The position numbers and the translations under genes were made by a program. From Hypanus sabinus (Eukaryota), in contig NC_082731.1 of NCBI RefSeq assembly GCF_030144855.1, positions 29,946,001-30,010,000 on the forward strand: a DNA stretch of 64,000 nucleotides. Reading direction: 5' to 3'. Under the pieces are notes generated by a model. It saw only the letters and a list, made by a program, of their open reading frames with translations, had not been told where the DNA came from and searched no databases. Shown piece by piece: positions 61,401 through 64,000 of this stretch. The stretch's first letter is position 1; every line of letters begins with the position of its first letter.

Positions 61401-63211
61401 ATCCAAAATGATTCTCCATTTGCCATTCTTCAATCCACTTGCCCTCCTGATAATCAGTTTCAATCTTTTTAACAGTAATCTACAAATTTACCAACCTTGC
61501 CTTGTATGTTCACATCCCAATAACAAGCACTAAGCCTAACACTGCATTTATTCTACATACCGCTACTGCCTTTTCTTTCTACTGCATTTTGAAATGGACA
61601 CCAATACAAATCTAAGCTTTTCACCGTGCCTTGACACATGTGACAATATTAGAACCAAATCCAACACCATTTGCAAACTCACATTATCCAAATCTCGCCG
61701 TCAATCCTGGCCCTCTCCTGATCACTCCTTTCCAACCTCCTCCTGCCCACATCCTAACCCAACCCCACTCTCTGTCTCCCCGATAGTCCACTGACATTCC
61801 CATTATGTACTGAATATGCCCCCCTTCACCAATGACCATCACGTTCCTTCTGACACCCCCTCCCACAGACTCCACTCTTCCTCCTCCCCCCCCATGTCAT
61901 GAAACCTGCCCAAAAGATATGGTCAATACAAGAGGGGTTAATTTTAAGCTAAATGTTGGGAAGTGTAGGAGGATGTCCAAGGTAGATTGTTTTTTTTCAC
62001 ACTGAGTGCGGTGGGTGTGTGGAATGTATTACTGGGGTGGTGGCAAAGAAGGATACTTTAAGGGCATTTAAGAGACTCTTAATGAGAGTTATGTAAGAGA
62101 CAAGGGCTCGCTTGAATCGTGGAGTAGGTTAAAAGGTGGCATTATTGTAGGCTGAAGGGCCTGTACTTTTCTAGGTTCTACTTAGGGAGGGACGAGGCGG
62201 ACACTGGGAGGTGTGGGACGGAGGGGGGTAGTTTGCTACCTGTGGGCAGGCTGTAGGCCATTCCGGGCATGGCAGTGGGCTCCCCCTCCCCTGCCATGGC
62301 TATACTGCGGAGCCGCAGGCTGTCGTAGAGGCCCTGCAGCCTCTGGTACTGCCGGTTCCGCTCCATCAGCTTCTCCGACATCTCACTGTACTTCTTCTTG
62401 TACTCGTCCAACAGCTTCTTCAGGGAGCTGACCTCACTGCGGCTGTTGCTCACCTCCATGTCCTTGCCCTGGATCTGCTGGGTGTACATCTTCTCCATCT
62501 GCCTCAGGCGGCCCTCCGCCTTGCTGTAGGCGTACTCCTGATACATGCGTTCCTGGTGAATCTGAAGGAATTGGGCGGAGAAGAGTATTAGAACCCAGGA
62601 GATTCCCACACGTCACATACCCAGGGGGTCCCACTACTTCCCCCCAAGGGATTTTCCAACCGCTTTTTCCGGGTACTAGGACCCAACTCCTGTGGTCCGA
62701 TACCAGAGCCAAAGGTGACTTTCCCACACTACTTACCCCAGTTAGTGAAGACGGGGCTAACTGTCCCCATCCTTGGCATCTCCCCCTCCACCCCCGGTTC
62801 CAGACCCGACGCCTCAAACATGCACCCTCTCTCCTCCCAGACCTCGATTTCCACCCCCACCTCACCCACAGACTAGTGTCCCCCAACTTCCAGATCCCAC
62901 CTGTGACCCCAGACCTGGTAGGTCCAGAAGGCGAGGGCCCGGGATGCAATATCGAGGATGATCTCGGGCCGCAGCCCCGCCAGCACCATTGCCTTGTACT
63001 CTTCAGTCGGACTGAGCTCGGTGCGCACAATGTCCAGTTTGCCAGCCAGCGCGCTCTTGCAGGCAGGGCAGAGGGCAGGCGAGCGGCTGAACTCGCCACT
63101 GCCGTGCTGGTCACAGAAGACGTGCGAGCAGGCGGTGACCCAGGCGAAGCCTGAGAGGCGGGCCCGGCAACGGCTGAAGTTACACAACAACACGTCCTCG
63201 CACATGGCCAT
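55183..63211 (-). CDS. CCNB1IP1: Cyclin B1 interacting protein 1 / HEI10 RING E3 ligase (meiotic crossover factor), 3 coding exons, 279 aa
   Basis: Exons 63211-62915, 62561-62240 and 55403-55183 join in frame (840 nt): MAMCEDVLLCN..AWVTACSHVFCDQHGSGEFSRSP..CPAC..YKAMVLAGLRPE..FWTYQ / IHQER..LQGLYDSLRLR / ..GDFRLRP..SFFSF..FRMKRM*. Confidence 0.96.
56700..58090 (+). mobile_element. CR1 LINE RT and 3' end in CCNB1IP1 intron 2
   Basis: VMYLDFQKAFDKVPH, KFADD and VRPHLEYCEQVW. Confidence 0.88.
59930..60650 (+). mobile_element. Rex1/Babar-type LINE 3' fragment in CCNB1IP1 intron 2
   Basis: VERVSSVEFLSVKISEDLTWSQHI and SIIKDLQHPEHALFSLLPSG. Confidence 0.8.
62240..62561 (-). CDS. CCNB1IP1: CCNB1IP1 coding exon 2 (coiled coil)
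   Basis: Acceptor TTCCTTCAG|ATT, donor ACAG|GTAGCA (phase 1). Confidence 0.96.
62915..63211 (-). CDS. CCNB1IP1: CCNB1IP1 coding exon 1 (RING domain)
   Basis: 99 codons; RING ligands C10, C15, C28, H30, C33, H36, C48, C51; donor CAG|GTCTGG. Confidence 0.97.
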
Positions 63212-63570
63212 GGCAGCGCCGGAAAAAAAGGGCGGGAGGACCGGCCGGCCTCACGGCGCAGGCGCATCGCGGGAGGGCTCAATCGCCGCGTGCGGGCGCT
63301 GGGAAACGCGCAGGCGCGGCGCGGGAGGACCACCCGGCGAACAAACGGCAGTCGCGACCCCGAGCCCACGCGCAGGCGCGGATGGTCCAACCCAAACCGC
63401 GAGCGCAAGGCGGGAGGACTAGCCCGAGCGGACGATCGCGCGCGCAGCGATGAGCGCGTGACGCGCGCGCTCAACGGCCCGGCGGAGGCAACGGTGCCGC
63501 ACTTCCACCCCGGTGTCCCCCTTGCTTCACCCCGGCAGGGGCGCCGTGGCTCCAACCCCCTCCGCTGAAA
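63212..63570 (-). promoter_or_regulatory. CCNB1IP1 CpG-island promoter with three NRF1-type motifs
   Basis: Very CpG-dense; GCGCAGGCGC at 63256, 63308 and 63370. Confidence 0.7.
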
Positions 63571-64000
63571 AACATCCCAAAACCATTCGGCTCACAATGT
63601 TTGCTGATCTTGACGCCAATTCTAAAAAGCTCCTAAAAAGTGTTATCTACAACCCCATCCCCATTTATTTAGATTCCTAAACCATTTTAAAAGCTTCTTA
63701 TACTCCCGGCTTCCACTACCATAACTGTTAACCCATTTCAAACACCAGCCACCCTCTGCATAAAAAGAACTTGCCCCTCATGTTACCTCCCCTCAGCCTT
63801 ACAAACATGCCCTCTGGTCTTTGCCATCTCTACCCTGGGGTTGGAACATGCCCAGCAAGATCTGTTACCAATAATTATCTGGACAAACTGTAGCACTGTG
63901 TGACACCTCACATTATGGATCACCTATCAATAAACAGGTACCTTGACAAAAAAAAGGGAAATATTGTAATTTAGGGAATTAAAAAAAGCCACAAAGATAA

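Noticed and set aside
62434-63555. 373-aa minus-strand ORF over the CCNB1IP1 promoter and exon 1
   Set aside because: GC-rich, stop-poor CpG island in an alternative frame; the true frame is the HEI10 RING exon.
1-64000. V, D or J segments and recombination signal sequences
   Set aside because: Isolated CACAGTG heptamers occur, but I saw none with a properly spaced nonamer and no V-set domain; the rearranging segments should lie upstream of the window.

Overview
Eukaryotic, repeat-rich genomic DNA from a cartilaginous fish (inferred from the immunoglobulin class and the repeat content; a ray is plausible but cannot be shown from the sequence). Left part (1-12.5 kb, + strand): the 3' end of an immunoglobulin heavy-chain constant locus, most likely IgW. 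It contains the end of one C-domain exon, a C domain with secretory tailpiece, two further C-domain exons, one or two candidate stand-alone secretory-tail exons, a transmembrane exon and a probable tiny cytoplasmic exon. Middle (12.5-43.9 kb): CR1, Rex/Babar, Penelope, Gypsy/solo-LTR and MITE debris, plus an unclassified low-copy repeat. Right part: a complete 10-exon TTC5 gene (+, 44318-53876, 448 aa) and a complete 3-coding-exon CCNB1IP1/HEI10 gene (-, 63211-55183, 279 aa), arranged tail-to-tail. TTC5 intron 8 holds a 2.6 kb G-rich minisatellite, and a ~42-bp tandem array carrying ~17 AATAAA signals lies between the two genes. Most notable: (i) extra C exons and separate tail exons placed downstream of the tailpiece exon, which lacks the usual internal splice donor; (ii) an IgH cluster next to TTC5-CCNB1IP1, genes that in human lie in the TCR alpha/delta neighbourhood at 14q11.2; (iii) the poly(A)-signal array. 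Exon boundaries were derived by hand, family assignments rest on remembered motifs, and no database search was run.
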